DNA of 64,000 nucleotides. Source: Blastocatellia bacterium (GTDB taxonomy: Bacteria > Acidobacteriota > Blastocatellia > UBA7656). Positions 22,132 to 32,480 of this stretch are shown in pieces. The position numbers were made by a program, and so were the translations under genes. The notes beneath the pieces were generated by a model. The model made no database searches, was not told where the DNA came from, and saw nothing but the letters and a program-made list of their open reading frames with translations. Each line of letters begins with the position of its first letter. The stretch's first letter is position 1. The stretch covers positions 736,001 to 800,000 of the forward strand of contig CAVXWP010000009.1 of NCBI GenBank assembly GCA_963765495.1. Reading direction: 5' to 3'.

Positions 22132-23006
22132 GCGTACACCTCCTGCTCAAGCATCTTCATCAGATATTGGCCATAACTATTGTTCTTCATCACCTCTGCG
22201 GAGCGTATGACCCTGTCAACCGTGATATAACCCATGCGATAGGCGATCTCTTCTATGCAGGCCACCATCAACCCCTGCCGCTCCTGCAATGTCTGTATGA
22301 AGGTCGATGCCTGCGTGAGCGATTCATAGGTCCCCGTATCGAGCCACGCGATGCCGCGTCCCAACCGCTCGACGTGCAGCGCGTTCATCCGCAGATAGGC
22401 GAGGTTGACATCGGTTATTTCAAGCTCGCCGCGCGCAGACGGCTTTAATTCACTCGCTATATCAACCACACAGTTGTCGTAAAAATAGAGACCCGTGACC
22501 GCGTGATTGGAGCGAGGGTTGACGGGTTTCTCTTCGAGATTTATGGCTCGCGCTCTCTCATTGAATTCGACCACGCCGTATCGCTCGGGGTCGCGCACCT
22601 GATAGGCGAATATCATGGCCCCCGAAGTTTGCCGCGCCGCGCGTTGCAGGTATTGCGAGAGGTTGTCTCCATAAAAGATATTGTCCCCCAAAACCAGCGC
22701 TACGGGACTGCTGCCTACAAACTCGCGGCCAATGATGAAAGCCTGCGCGAGGCCATCGGGCGCAGGCTGAATCTCGTATTGAATCTCAATCCCCAGGTCT
22801 GAACCGTCTCCGAGCAGTCGCATGAACTGCAATTGATCGTGCGGTGTAGTGATAATCAGAATCTCGCGGATTCCTGCCAGCATCAGCGTCGAGAGCGGAT
22901 AGTAGATCATCGGCTTGTCATAGACGGGCAGTAGTTGTTTGCTCACGGCTCGCGTCATCGGATACAGGCGCGTGCCCGACCCGCCAGCCAGAATAATGCC
23001 TTTCAT
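22128..23006 (-). CDS. rmlA: Glucose-1-phosphate thymidylyltransferase
   Basis: [35 protein letters not shown] motifs. Confidence 0.97.
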   Translation of the reverse strand: MKGIILAGGSGTRLYPMTRAVSKQLLPVYDKPMIYYPLSTLMLAGIREILIITTPHDQLQFMRLLGDGSDLGIEIQYEIQPAPDGLAQAFIIGREFVGSSPVALVLGDNIFYGDNLSQYLQRAARQTSGAMIFAYQVRDPERYGVVEFNERARAINLEEKPVNPRSNHAVTGLYFYDNCVVDIASELKPSARGELEITDVNLAYLRMNALHVERLGRGIAWLDTGTYESLTQASTFIQTLQERQGLMVACIEEIAYRMGYITVDRVIRSAEVMKNNSYGQYLMKMLEQEVYA

Positions 23007-23146
23007 ACCATACCTCCGGTATATGTGAATCGTTGCTTTGTATAAAAAGAAGGGGCAGCAGAAAAAATCATCAGGTAGCGAGTCGAATCATCGCCCGGCA
23101 ATCTGAATATCTATTGCCGGATTGCGAACCGCTGATTCAACCATTG

Positions 23147-24238
23147 TCAATGCTCGTTTCCTTTGACGCCGAGCCGCTCGCGTCGATACTTATTTGCCTG
23201 AACCGTTTCGCACCATTCGCGATTGTCGAGATACCAGCAAACGGTATTCTTTATCCCTGTCTCAAAGCTGTGCGAGGGTTTCCACCCCAGTTCCGTTCGA
23301 ATCTTGCTCGCGTCAATCGCGTAGCGGCGGTCGTGGCCGGGTCTGTCTTTAACAAACTTTTTGAGATCGCTGTAACTTGTGATGCCGCGCGCCCGCATCG
23401 CGAGGTTTTCGGGCGCAGGAAGCAACACTTCGAGCACGCCGCAGATTCTATCCACGACCTGAAGGTTCGTCCTTTCATTCCCGCCGCCGATGTTGTACTT
23501 CTCGCCCGGCTTGCCGTGTCTGAGCGCCTGCAATATGCCCGAACAGTGGTCTTCAACATAGAGCCAGTCTCGAATATTTCCGCCGTCGCCGTAAATGGGA
23601 AGCCGCTTGCCCTCGACGGCGTTCAATAGCGTGAGCGGGATCAGCTTTTCCGGGAACTGGTAAGGTCCGTAGTTATTCGAGCAGTTGGTAATTACAGCGG
23701 GCAACCCGTAAGTCTCAAAATAGGCCCGGACCAGGTGATCGGCTGCGGCCTTTGATGCCGAATACGGCGAGTTTGGCGCGTAGGGAGTCGTCTCTGAAAA
23801 CAGCCCCGACGGCCCGAGCGTGCCGTAAACCTCATCGGTCGAAACATGGAGAAAGCGAAACGCCTGTCGCCTTCTTGCGTCGAGTTTCGCTACGTATTTG
23901 CGCAAGGCTTCAAGCAGCATAAACGCGCCGACTATGTTTGTGTCTATAAACGGACGCGGGTTGTCAATGGCGCGATCCACGTGAGTTTCAGCCGCGAAGT
24001 TCAACACCGACTGCGGGCGATGCTCGCGGAGAACCGTTTCGACGGCTTCAGAGTCAGCGATGTCTGCCTGAATAAATACGAAGCGCGGCTCGTTCATCAA
24101 ATCTTCGAGTGTGCAGAGGTTTCCGGCATAGGTGAGCTTGTCGATCACGACTATGCGTGCATCTGTCTGCGCCAGCGCGTAGCGGACGAAATTCGCTCCG
24201 ATAAAGCCCGCGCCTCCGGTTACGATCATTGTTTCCAT
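23147..24238 (-). CDS. rmlB: dTDP-glucose 4,6-dehydratase
   Basis: TGGAGFIG, HVSTDEVYG, PYSASKA, DRPGHDRRY motifs. Confidence 0.96.
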   Translation of the reverse strand: METMIVTGGAGFIGANFVRYALAQTDARIVVIDKLTYAGNLCTLEDLMNEPRFVFIQADIADSEAVETVLREHRPQSVLNFAAETHVDRAIDNPRPFIDTNIVGAFMLLEALRKYVAKLDARRRQAFRFLHVSTDEVYGTLGPSGLFSETTPYAPNSPYSASKAAADHLVRAYFETYGLPAVITNCSNNYGPYQFPEKLIPLTLLNAVEGKRLPIYGDGGNIRDWLYVEDHCSGILQALRHGKPGEKYNIGGGNERTNLQVVDRICGVLEVLLPAPENLAMRARGITSYSDLKKFVKDRPGHDRRYAIDASKIRTELGWKPSHSFETGIKNTVCWYLDNREWCETVQANKYRRERLGVKGNEH

Positions 24239-24309
24239 ATCTGTTCAAAACTCCTTTGATATCGGCAATTGCCTTTTTCCCAACTATTCATATCCATTTC
24301 GGCCGACAC

Positions 24310-24903
24310 TTACCGATAATTCATTACTACGGCTTCCTCGACCTGATTTTCAACTCGTTGATTTTCAGCTCGTTGATTTTCATCTCGTCGATTTTCAACC
24401 CGTTTTTTGGGTTTGACCTTTGCCGGGATGCCTACGGCTATGGAATCCGTCGGAACGTCGGTCAGCACTACGGCGTTCGCGCCGATGGCGACATCATCGC
24501 CTATGTGAATCTCTCCGAGGATTTTCGCGCCCGCCCCGATGTCAACCCGATTGCCGATTACAGGTGCGCCTCTCACTCCCGTTCGCCTCAACCCTACGGT
24601 GACGCCGTTGCGAATCACAACGTCATCTCCGAACCGGGCATCACCGCTGATGATGATGTCGCCGAAATGCTCTATCTTGAACCGGCGGCCCACCGTGACT
24701 TCGCATGGCAGATCGATGCCGGTCAGAATCTGGCTTATGACTTTCATGATTTTGTAGCAGATTGAAAACGGGACGCGAACAAACCCCGGCCTGATCTTGT
24801 ATCGCCACCGCCCGAAACGATAGACCGCCATCACCCAAAGCCCCTGGCGGAAAATATCTCTTTCGTATACCTGCCAATCTTCGCGGATATTACTGAACAT
24901 CAC
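24310..24903 (-). CDS. Serine O-acetyltransferase-like hexapeptide acetyltransferase (EPS-associated)
   Basis: APVIGNRVDIGAGAKILG, AIGANAVV. C-terminal (RxENQ) 15-bp repeats. Confidence 0.88.
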   Translation of the reverse strand: MMFSNIREDWQVYERDIFRQGLWVMAVYRFGRWRYKIRPGFVRVPFSICYKIMKVISQILTGIDLPCEVTVGRRFKIEHFGDIIISGDARFGDDVVIRNGVTVGLRRTGVRGAPVIGNRVDIGAGAKILGEIHIGDDVAIGANAVVLTDVPTDSIAVGIPAKVKPKKRVENRRDENQRAENQRVENQVEEAVVMNYR

Positions 24904-24936
24904 TTGAACTCCTGAACACGTGCGAAGCCTGCTCGT

Positions 24937-25620
24937 TCAGCCGCGCAATGCGGCCGTCAACATGCCTTCGATGTCGGCGAATCGCCTCATGTAGTCTTCG
25001 TAACTGGCTCGTATCACGTTCAATGCCTCCTGCCGCCCGTAAACGTCTGTTATCTCGGTCTTCGATTTGGCCGAGCCGGGCGCGCCCTTGTAGGTCAGAA
25101 AGTAATGCTGGAGCCTGTCTATCACGGAGCGGGGGCAGTCTTCGATGTCTTTCCAGTTTCCGTAGGCCACGTCTTCTTTCATCACGGCTATGATCTTGTC
25201 GTCGGCCTCTTCTCCGTCGATCATGCTGAGTCCGCCAATCGGGACGGCCTGCAATAATATATTGCCGTGCGAGATCGCTTTTTCCGTAAGCACGCAGATG
25301 TCGAGCGGGTCGCCATCGCCTACGATGTCTTGGCGGCCCGCCCGCTTGCTCAAGAGTTCGGCCACGCGCTCGCCGCAAAATGTTTGCGGGATGAGGCCGT
25401 AGGGCGAGGGGCAGACGTTTGAGAATCTCTGAGGGCGATCAACCTTCAGGATTCCCGTTGTTTTATCCATCTCATACTTGACCGTGTCTGTAGGCACGAT
25501 TTCTATGTAGGCCGTCACCACATCGGGCGCGTCATCTCCGATTGAGACGCCGTGCCACGGGTGAGCCTTAAAGAGCAACCCCATCAATTTCCACAATGGT
25601 TCCTGTGCGTTTCCACTCAT
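24937..25620 (-). CDS. ppa: Family I inorganic pyrophosphatase
   Basis: HPWH, KYE, DGDPLDICVL, DDKIIAV, YFLTYK motifs. Confidence 0.92.
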   Translation of the reverse strand: MSGNAQEPLWKLMGLLFKAHPWHGVSIGDDAPDVVTAYIEIVPTDTVKYEMDKTTGILKVDRPQRFSNVCPSPYGLIPQTFCGERVAELLSKRAGRQDIVGDGDPLDICVLTEKAISHGNILLQAVPIGGLSMIDGEEADDKIIAVMKEDVAYGNWKDIEDCPRSVIDRLQHYFLTYKGAPGSAKSKTEITDVYGRQEALNVIRASYEDYMRRFADIEGMLTAALRG

Positions 25621-25635
25621 AGTTACCTCATCTCC

Positions 25636-26631
25636 TCACCAGGGGCGCGGCGGCGAGACAAGCCCTCCGCGCGTCTCCTGCCACGCCTGTCGCATCAGCA
25701 CCGCTATCGTCTGCGAGTCTTTCGCTTTCGCCTGCCGCTCGCCGTCACCGCTCGACCGGTTCTTTCTGGCGCGCAACGTGTGCCACAAAGATTCAAGCCG
25801 CATCGCCCCCCACGCCCCTTTCAACCCGTGATGCTTTCGATAATAAAGCAGAGCGCTCCTCATTCGCCAAAGCGTAAGCTGCGAGCCCGCAGATGACATC
25901 GAAAGATACTTGATAGTTTTTGATGACTCGCCTCCGATGTGCTCCACAACAACCTCGGGCCAGTACCATATCGAGTATCCCGCCGATTTGATTCTGCGGC
26001 AAAGGTCCACCTCTTCACAGTAGAGAAAAAACTTCTCATCAAAGTATCCCACTTTTTCGAGCGTTTCGCGGCGAATAATCGAGAAGGCCCCGGGAACCCA
26101 ATCGACCTCGGCGGCTTCCTCAGGGTCTGCCCACGTCCGGTCGAATCGGCCAAAAAAGCGCGAGCGCGGATATTTGCCTGCAAGCCCCGAAAGAATGATT
26201 ATCTCATCAAGCACCGACGGAAACTTTCTGGCCGAAGGCTGCCACGAACCGTCCCGCCCTACCAGTTGCGCACCGGCAAGACCTGTGCGCTCGTCAGCGT
26301 CCATCTTTTCAAGCGCCTTTGGCAGAGCGCCGGGCCGCAGAAAGGCATCCGAGTTTAACAGTACTACGTGGCGGCCCTTTGCGATTTGAAAGCCGCGATT
26401 ATTTGCCGCGCCAAATCCCAGATTCACATCGCTGCGGATCAATTTTGCTTCGGGAAAGACGCGCTCGACCATCTCAGCCGAGCCGTCCTTTGAAACGTTG
26501 TCAACGACTATGGTTTCGTAGCATACGCCCCCGGCATGCTTTGCAAGCGTAGCCATGCATTCGCGCAGCAGATCGCGCGTGTTAAAAGAAACGATCACTA
26601 CGGAAGCATCCGGTTGCAAATCGTGTGTCAT
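25636..26631 (-). CDS. Glycosyltransferase family 2 (rhamnosyltransferase-like)
   Basis: VVDNVSKDGS, NLGFGAANN, LLNSD, FDEKFFLYCEEVD. Real start is MTHDLQ, overlapping the upstream stop. Confidence 0.9.
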   Translation of the reverse strand: MTHDLQPDASVVIVSFNTRDLLRECMATLAKHAGGVCYETIVVDNVSKDGSAEMVERVFPEAKLIRSDVNLGFGAANNRGFQIAKGRHVVLLNSDAFLRPGALPKALEKMDADERTGLAGAQLVGRDGSWQPSARKFPSVLDEIIILSGLAGKYPRSRFFGRFDRTWADPEEAAEVDWVPGAFSIIRRETLEKVGYFDEKFFLYCEEVDLCRRIKSAGYSIWYWPEVVVEHIGGESSKTIKYLSMSSAGSQLTLWRMRSALLYYRKHHGLKGAWGAMRLESLWHTLRARKNRSSGDGERQAKAKDSQTIAVLMRQAWQETRGGLVSPPRPW

Positions 26632-27926
26632 GGTCTTCCTCCTTCGGAATTGGCGCGCTCGGTGCGGACCCACTCTGCGTCTTTTTTTGCCGTGCGTATC
26701 ATCATAGGAATCAATGCCGCCTTCCAGGCTATGTAAAAAGGAGCGGCTGCGAGCGCGGCTAAATCTCTCAACCCGCCGCCTCCGACATAGATCGCCGCGA
26801 GTATGTGTGAAGCGACCGCCGCAAGCGCCGCGAGCGCATAAGTCCTTGTCGGGGCGAACCCCACGGCGAGCGCCGCAAGCAAAAGCAGTACGTGAAAGGC
26901 CAAAGGCAGGAGCAACAATTCGAGCAGAGGCTCGATCAATTTCAATCGCCCGGTCATGACGCTTTTTGCGAGCGAGGGCGCAAGCTTTCCTATCATCTGG
27001 AACCTGCCGCCTTCCCATCTGGCCCGCTGGGTCTTTGCCCCGCGCCCGCCCGCAGGCATTTCGGCCCTGACCGTAACCGCGTCGGCGAAGCGAACACGGC
27101 GGCCTGCCCTGACGAGACGCAGATGGTATTCGAGGTCTTCGACCAAGGAAACGGCGGTGTAGGGAACCGCGAGAAGCGTCTCTCGCGTGAGCGCAAAACC
27201 GTTGCCGAGTATCCCGCACGAAAGCCCCAGACGGTCTCGCCCGCGCGGCCTCAGCACATTGAATGCGAGCAGCGCCGCGTGCCCCGCTGTCGCGTTCAAC
27301 GCCAGCGAACGGAGGCCGGGGCTTGCGGGTCTGCGATCACTTTGATTGACCTCCATAAGCGGGCGGGAATCCTTTTCGATCCACCACTGAGTAGGCAACT
27401 CCGAATCCGACACGCGGGTGAGCGCGACTACATCGCCGGGCGCGAGTTCGGGCGCGTCCTCATCGACCAGAAACCTCGGAGAGCCGTCGATCTTGCTCTG
27501 GCGTGATTCGACTATCGAACCGTGTCGCCCCGCCGAGGTGCCTGTCAGCACATCGAATCGAGCACCAGTCCAGAAACCGTCGGCGCGGGCCAGTATCGCG
27601 GTGTCATCTGAAAACCCCGATGCATCGGCTCTGCTGACGATCACGATTGCGCGATCAATGACGCCTTCAAAACCGGGATTCTTTAACACGTTTGACGACA
27701 ACTGCTCTGCCCCCCACGATGTCCACGTACCGATATTCACTCCAAACCGCTTCACATCCGAAACCTGTCGCGCTGATTCAATTTCGAAACTCGCGCTGCC
27801 TGCCCGCGCAGACTTTGACTCGCGGGCGAAAAGCCGCCCAAGCATTGATCCGCCTCTTGTGTTACATGTCGCCGAAAAGCAGAGCGCAGTCGAGACGGCG
27901 ATCATTATCAGGGTCTTTCGTTTCAC
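26628..27926 (-). pseudogene. In-frame chimera: N-terminus of a secreted EPS-locus protein fused to the C-terminal half of a GT2
   Basis: Signal peptide plus a carbohydrate-active-like N-region up to LNATAGH, then ALLAFNVLRPRGR..GNG..LVEDLEY..TQRARWEGG (GT2 C-half lacking the DxD N-half). Junction near 27275. Confidence 0.7.
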
Positions 27927-29146
27927 CGTATCGCCTCCAGCCTGCGGCGGAAAATATCGGCCAGCCGCGCCGTGTTTCGCCCGAGTTCGTATTTGTCACA
28001 TACTTTTTTTCTGCCCTGCTCTCCGAGCCTGCGGCGCAATCCGGCGTCCTCCATCAGGCGCGCTATCGCCTGCGCTAGCGCCTCGTCATCAGACGGCGCG
28101 ACAAGCAATCCTTCCGACCCGTCGTGAATCAATTCGGGTATCCCCGTGATAAAGGTAGTCACGCAGGGAATCTCCATCGCCATCGCTTCCATCAGCACAA
28201 CCGGAATCCCTTCTGCGAAACTCGCGAGCGCGAACACGTCGGCCCCCGAGTAAAGCGCGCGTATGCGATCCTGATTTACTGCGCCTTCAAAGATCACGCT
28301 TGCTTCAAGCCCTCTTCGATTTACCATCTCTTCGAGGCTTGCGCGGTCGGGGCCGTCGCCTACGAGCCTGAGCCTGATTCTGCGGCCTTCTCTTACAAGT
28401 CGCTCGATTGCCGCGACCAGAATATGCTGGCCTTTGGCCGGAACCAGACGCCCTACGCTTATCACCTCAAACGTATCGGGGCGCTCGCGGAAGGCTCGCG
28501 GCGCGAATGCCTCCGGGTCAACTCCAAGCGGAGAGACCTCGAATTTATCCCACTCGGCCACGGGCGAAAGCTTCATCAACTGGCTGCGAGCATAGGCCCC
28601 TATGCAGCAGATAAAGGACGCGCCTCTTATCTTTTCGGCAAGCCTGTAATTTGACACGTCGTAAAATTCATCAGGCCCGTGGACGGTGATCGAGAAAGTG
28701 ACGGGGAAAACTTTGGCAGCGATCAAGCCTACGCTTGATGCGGGCGTGGCGAAATGTACGTGCAGATGCGTCAGCCTGTTTTGCTTCATCCACTGGCCAA
28801 CCATTATCGCTTCGACGAAATAGAGGAATCCGAACAGAACGCCCTTCACATCCATCCCGCCAAAACCCAGGGCGAAAAAGAGTCCGCGCAAATAGGCGAC
28901 GGGCGCTGAAAAAAAGGTTGCCAGATGCGCTCTGATTGCGCCTGCCGCGCCGTGACGCTTGACGTAATAAGCGCGTGCGCTCTCGCCTCGTTCTTCTTCG
29001 GTCAGGCCGTCAGCGGGGCGGTCGGGATCATTGATCGAGGCTACGTGAATATCAAACCCCATCGCGCGGAGGCTCATCACCTCGCGCAGTATGAAAGTAT
29101 GTGAGATAGCCGGGTAACGGCTCACAAGATAAGCCAGCCGGATCAT
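27923..29146 (-). CDS. Glycosyltransferase family 4 (WcaL-like)
   Basis: YPAISHTFILRE, HLHVHF, VGRLVPAKG, EGIPVVLMEAMA motifs. Confidence 0.92.
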   Translation of the reverse strand: MIRLAYLVSRYPAISHTFILREVMSLRAMGFDIHVASINDPDRPADGLTEEERGESARAYYVKRHGAAGAIRAHLATFFSAPVAYLRGLFFALGFGGMDVKGVLFGFLYFVEAIMVGQWMKQNRLTHLHVHFATPASSVGLIAAKVFPVTFSITVHGPDEFYDVSNYRLAEKIRGASFICCIGAYARSQLMKLSPVAEWDKFEVSPLGVDPEAFAPRAFRERPDTFEVISVGRLVPAKGQHILVAAIERLVREGRRIRLRLVGDGPDRASLEEMVNRRGLEASVIFEGAVNQDRIRALYSGADVFALASFAEGIPVVLMEAMAMEIPCVTTFITGIPELIHDGSEGLLVAPSDDEALAQAIARLMEDAGLRRRLGEQGRKKVCDKYELGRNTARLADIFRRRLEAIR

Positions 29147-29157
29147 TGATTCTTCCT

Positions 29158-30516
29158 TCATTTCAAAACTCTTCTGAAACGAAATAAGGGTTGTTGTACG
29201 GGAGCCAGAAAAGCGTTCTCGCCCGCCGGTTCCTCTTTTCGCGTGACGGGACCTTCGGTCCATCCCGCCATCATGAATAAAAGCTGTTGCGCCTGTAGCC
29301 CGAGATAGACCGTCACTATCGAAATCACGATTGCAAGCAGCGCGGCAAGCATACTGAAAGCGAGCGAACTGCCTGGCGCTTCACGCGGCGCGTTATATGC
29401 GTAGATGCCCAGCCGAACCGCCGCAGAAAACACTATCAATACAAAGAAGCCAACCGTAACCATTCCGTGTCTGATCGCCAGGTTCAGAAAATGATTGTCA
29501 ATCGAAGGCATGCCGGGAACTTTCGGCCATTCGTTCTGACCCCATCCGAGCCACGCTTTTTGAAGCGCAATGTCGGTGTATTTGTCTATAAGCTCTTTTC
29601 GATATGCGGCGGTTTCCTGCGTGTCGCTTGTCGCCCCGTCGCGGCCTACGGACACATAAGCCTGAAAGGCGAGATAGGCCGGTGTGCCTATTACGACCGC
29701 AAGCGTGAGCACGGTCGCAAGCATCGTCTTGCGATTCTTGGCGCGGCCTATTATGACTATGGTGCTTCCAAGCATGGCCCCGAGCCACGGGCCGCGAGAT
29801 TGCGTCATAACCATCCCTGCGACCATAGCCGTGGTCATCAATTGAGCCTTTCTTTTCGTAGGCCAGTGACCTTGCTGTTGCAGCCATCGCTGGATGCGAA
29901 AGCCTGTAGCCATCAGAACGCCGCAAAGAATCGCGTGTCCGTAAGGACCGGCGGCGCGGCCAAGCCCGCTTCTTATGGTTGTGACCCATCCGTATCCCTG
30001 ATAAGGAAAAAACGGGTTGAAGATCATCTTGAAGACATTGTTTATAAAGCGAAACTCGTAAGCCTGCCCGATTGTGACTATCGCAAGCAGCGTGACGAAT
30101 TTCTTTGCAAAATCTACGCGCAGGCCAGAAGGCTCGATGATCCCTTTCGCAAGCACGTAGGGGAGGATGACTATGCATATCATGTCGAATATCAGGTTTT
30201 GCGCGTCGTTGTAACCCGAGGCCAGAAACTGCGAAAGGCCCTCGCAGACGGCAAACCCCAGCACGAGCAGATCGGTGAGCGTGTATCGCCACCCCTGCGC
30301 GCCTCGCATGAAATAAGCGATGGCGATGTGGATGATCGTAGCTTCGCTGAAAGTCGGATCGGGCAGTCCGGCTACGATCCAGCGATAATAATCGGGCACG
30401 AGGAAAAGCACCGGGAGATAGACCTGCATGAATGCCTTCTGCGGCGAACGCGAGAACGCCACATAAGCTGCTATGAATGCCGGTATCAAAACTATAAACT
30501 GCACTCTATCTATCAC
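29158..30516 (-). CDS. O-antigen ligase/Wzy-like polymerase
   Basis: About 11 TM segments, RAAGPYGHAIL, TQSRGPW, SIDNHFL motifs. Confidence 0.8.
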   Translation of the reverse strand: MIDRVQFIVLIPAFIAAYVAFSRSPQKAFMQVYLPVLFLVPDYYRWIVAGLPDPTFSEATIIHIAIAYFMRGAQGWRYTLTDLLVLGFAVCEGLSQFLASGYNDAQNLIFDMICIVILPYVLAKGIIEPSGLRVDFAKKFVTLLAIVTIGQAYEFRFINNVFKMIFNPFFPYQGYGWVTTIRSGLGRAAGPYGHAILCGVLMATGFRIQRWLQQQGHWPTKRKAQLMTTAMVAGMVMTQSRGPWLGAMLGSTIVIIGRAKNRKTMLATVLTLAVVIGTPAYLAFQAYVSVGRDGATSDTQETAAYRKELIDKYTDIALQKAWLGWGQNEWPKVPGMPSIDNHFLNLAIRHGMVTVGFFVLIVFSAAVRLGIYAYNAPREAPGSSLAFSMLAALLAIVISIVTVYLGLQAQQLLFMMAGWTEGPVTRKEEPAGENAFLAPVQQPLFRFRRVLK

Positions 30517-30667
30517 CCTTCATACAATCAGAAACGACCTTCATTTCAATTCACAATGCGCCGACCCGATATGATCCAATCCGCGAAAATCCGCCGCATC
30601 CGCGTCCGTCCCGGCCTATTTCTAATTACCTTTCTTTAAAACTCATTTTCACCAATCCCTCGCAAAC

Positions 30668-31075
30668 TTATCCGGCCCCAAAGAAATAGCCTATCCTGAG
30701 CCGCCGCAATTCGACTTCGAGATGCGGATCAAAATCGCCCTCTCGATTTCTTATCAACTCAGACCATGGCAACTGTTCCGTCTGCGACTTAAACCGCTCG
30801 ACCAGATCATCCAGGCTGCAAATCCTTTTGGCGGGTACTCCGCCCACGACCGAGTTTTCCCCCACATCGGAAGTGACCACCGCGCCCGATGCGACTATGG
30901 CTTTCGGGCCTATGGTCACGCCGGGCAATACGATTGCGCCGTGGCCGATGAATACGTTGTCGCGTATGTCGATCTTTCCTACGCGATCAAGCTTGCAGCC
31001 GTAGGCGCGGTTGAGCATGTTCACGCTGCCGTCGTGCCCGAACAGGGTACAGCCCGAAAGACGCACGTTGTCGCC
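30668..31075 (-). pseudogene. Hexapeptide acyltransferase, N-terminally truncated
   Basis: Begins abruptly at GDNVRLS. IDIRDNVFIGHGAIVLPGVTIG..GGVPAK. Confidence 0.75.
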
Positions 31076-31305
31076 GGAACCCCGACTATCAATACGAGGA
31101 CCATTATCGTGAGCGCGAGGTATTTGTGCGCTCTCAAGGAGACCAGAGGCTTTATGCCGCGTCCCTTTGGAGGCTGAGCAGGCTGCTGAGTTGCTCCTGC
31201 CACGGGCAGGTGTGCCGACGGCGTGAGGCTGCGGCGAGCGTCCGCGGCCTCCGGCTGCTCGTCATTATTCGAACTCGTAATTTCAGTTAGAGTATCGGGT
31301 TTCAC
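31070..31305 (-). pseudogene. N-terminal stub of a Wzc/GumC-like polysaccharide co-polymerase
   Basis: Directly follows wza. Cytoplasmic leader, then SLRAHKYLALTIMVLVLIVGVP (first TM), then breaks into the acyltransferase sequence. Confidence 0.6.
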
Positions 31306-32363
31306 TTCTTTACCAGCGACGCTCCAAAGAGCATGTATGTGGTGAACGGAGCTATCTTTTCCATCACATATCCGATCTTTGAAAGCCCTCTCTTTGGAAC
31401 GTAGATGATGTCTCCCTCGTTGAGCGAGACGTTATCTTCATTTGCTGCTTTCAACAGATCGGCAAAATCAATTTCGCGACTGAGTTGCTGGCTCGGTCGA
31501 ACGATGTGAAGCTTTTTCGAATTGGCGTCTCTGTTTGGTCCGCCCGCGAGCGCAAGCGCATCCATAAACGTCATGTTCGGCGTCAGGCGATAAGCCCCGG
31601 GTGTATTGACCTCGCCAAGCACATAGACAAGCTGGTCGTCGGAATCAGGTATATAGACTGCATCGCCGCGCTTTAGCCTGAGATTTAACGCGAGGTCCTT
31701 TCCCGTCAAAAGGTTTTTCAACTCTATCCACACCACCTGATCGTGTCCGCGAAAGATGGCGCAACGCGCAAGCGCCGCTTTTTCCGCGCCTGATCCTCCG
31801 ACAGGCAGACCGCCCGCCCGCGTAATCGCTTCAAGCAGCGTGGGCGGCACTTCAAAATCGAGCGTGCCTGGTTTCATCACGCGCCCGAGCACCGAAATGC
31901 GATTCGACGCGTAGCGGTCCACGCGGATCGTCACGGCCAGGTCGAGGTAATATCGCGCAAGCCCGTCGGAAAGAGCCCGGGTGCCCGCTTCGCGAGACAA
32001 TCCGGCCAGATTGATCGCTCCCACCTGCGGCAGGGTTATCATTCCATCAGGCCCTATGATGTGCTTGCCCGAAAGCTCCGGGTGATCCCACACTTCGACG
32101 GTTAATTCGTCCCCTGCGCCAAATGTGTATTCGCCCGCGCCTTCTGCCTCAAATTTCGCCAGCAACTCTGCGGGAGTAAACACGCTGCTCTTTTCAACAT
32201 AGTGAAAATCGCCCTGCGGAGATTGCGAAGAGTTGGAACTGTTTTGCAAGGCAAGGCTCTGGCTCGACAGTGTAAGCAAAAGGCAGACGAGTGCGGCAGG
32301 GCTTATTTTTTTATACGCGCGCGTGACGCATCTGATCAGATTACTCAAAGGCTGGAAATCCAC
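31302..32363 (-). CDS. wza: Polysaccharide export protein (Poly_export + 2 SLBB domains)
   Basis: YTFGAGDEL, IGPDGMITLP, VYVLGEVNTPG, DALALAGG, GDIIYVP motifs. Confidence 0.88.
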   Translation of the reverse strand: MDFQPLSNLIRCVTRAYKKISPAALVCLLLTLSSQSLALQNSSNSSQSPQGDFHYVEKSSVFTPAELLAKFEAEGAGEYTFGAGDELTVEVWDHPELSGKHIIGPDGMITLPQVGAINLAGLSREAGTRALSDGLARYYLDLAVTIRVDRYASNRISVLGRVMKPGTLDFEVPPTLLEAITRAGGLPVGGSGAEKAALARCAIFRGHDQVVWIELKNLLTGKDLALNLRLKRGDAVYIPDSDDQLVYVLGEVNTPGAYRLTPNMTFMDALALAGGPNRDANSKKLHIVRPSQQLSREIDFADLLKAANEDNVSLNEGDIIYVPKRGLSKIGYVMEKIAPFTTYMLFGASLVKK

Positions 32364-32440
32364 ACGGCTACCTTTCTCCGGTTTTCAGGAGGGTTCATAA
32401 ACAGGGGAGGGGCAAAAGGCAAAAGCCGATTAACGAACCT

Positions 32441-32480
32441 GAGAAACCTGTTGAACGTGGCCGGTTTCAACAGGTTTCTC
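32441..32480. promoter_or_regulatory. 15-bp inverted repeat in the leader of the EPS operon
   Basis: GAGAAACCTGTTGAA-N10-TTCAACAGGTTTCTC. Confidence 0.55.

Noticed and set aside
24340-24400. 15-bp repeat at the 3' end of the acetyltransferase gene as a separate element
   Set aside because: It is a short in-frame coding expansion (RxENQ) in a disordered tail with no further structure.
26632-27219. N-terminal extension of ORF 25636-27219
   Set aside because: It overlaps the upstream ORF in another frame. The GT2 domain starts at 26631 with an RBS and ATGA coupling.
29467-30639. Long antisense ORFs (for example 29467-30639, 58362-59327, 59060-59998, 39664-40473)
   Set aside because: These are shadow ORFs of GC-rich genes with clear motifs on the opposite strand.
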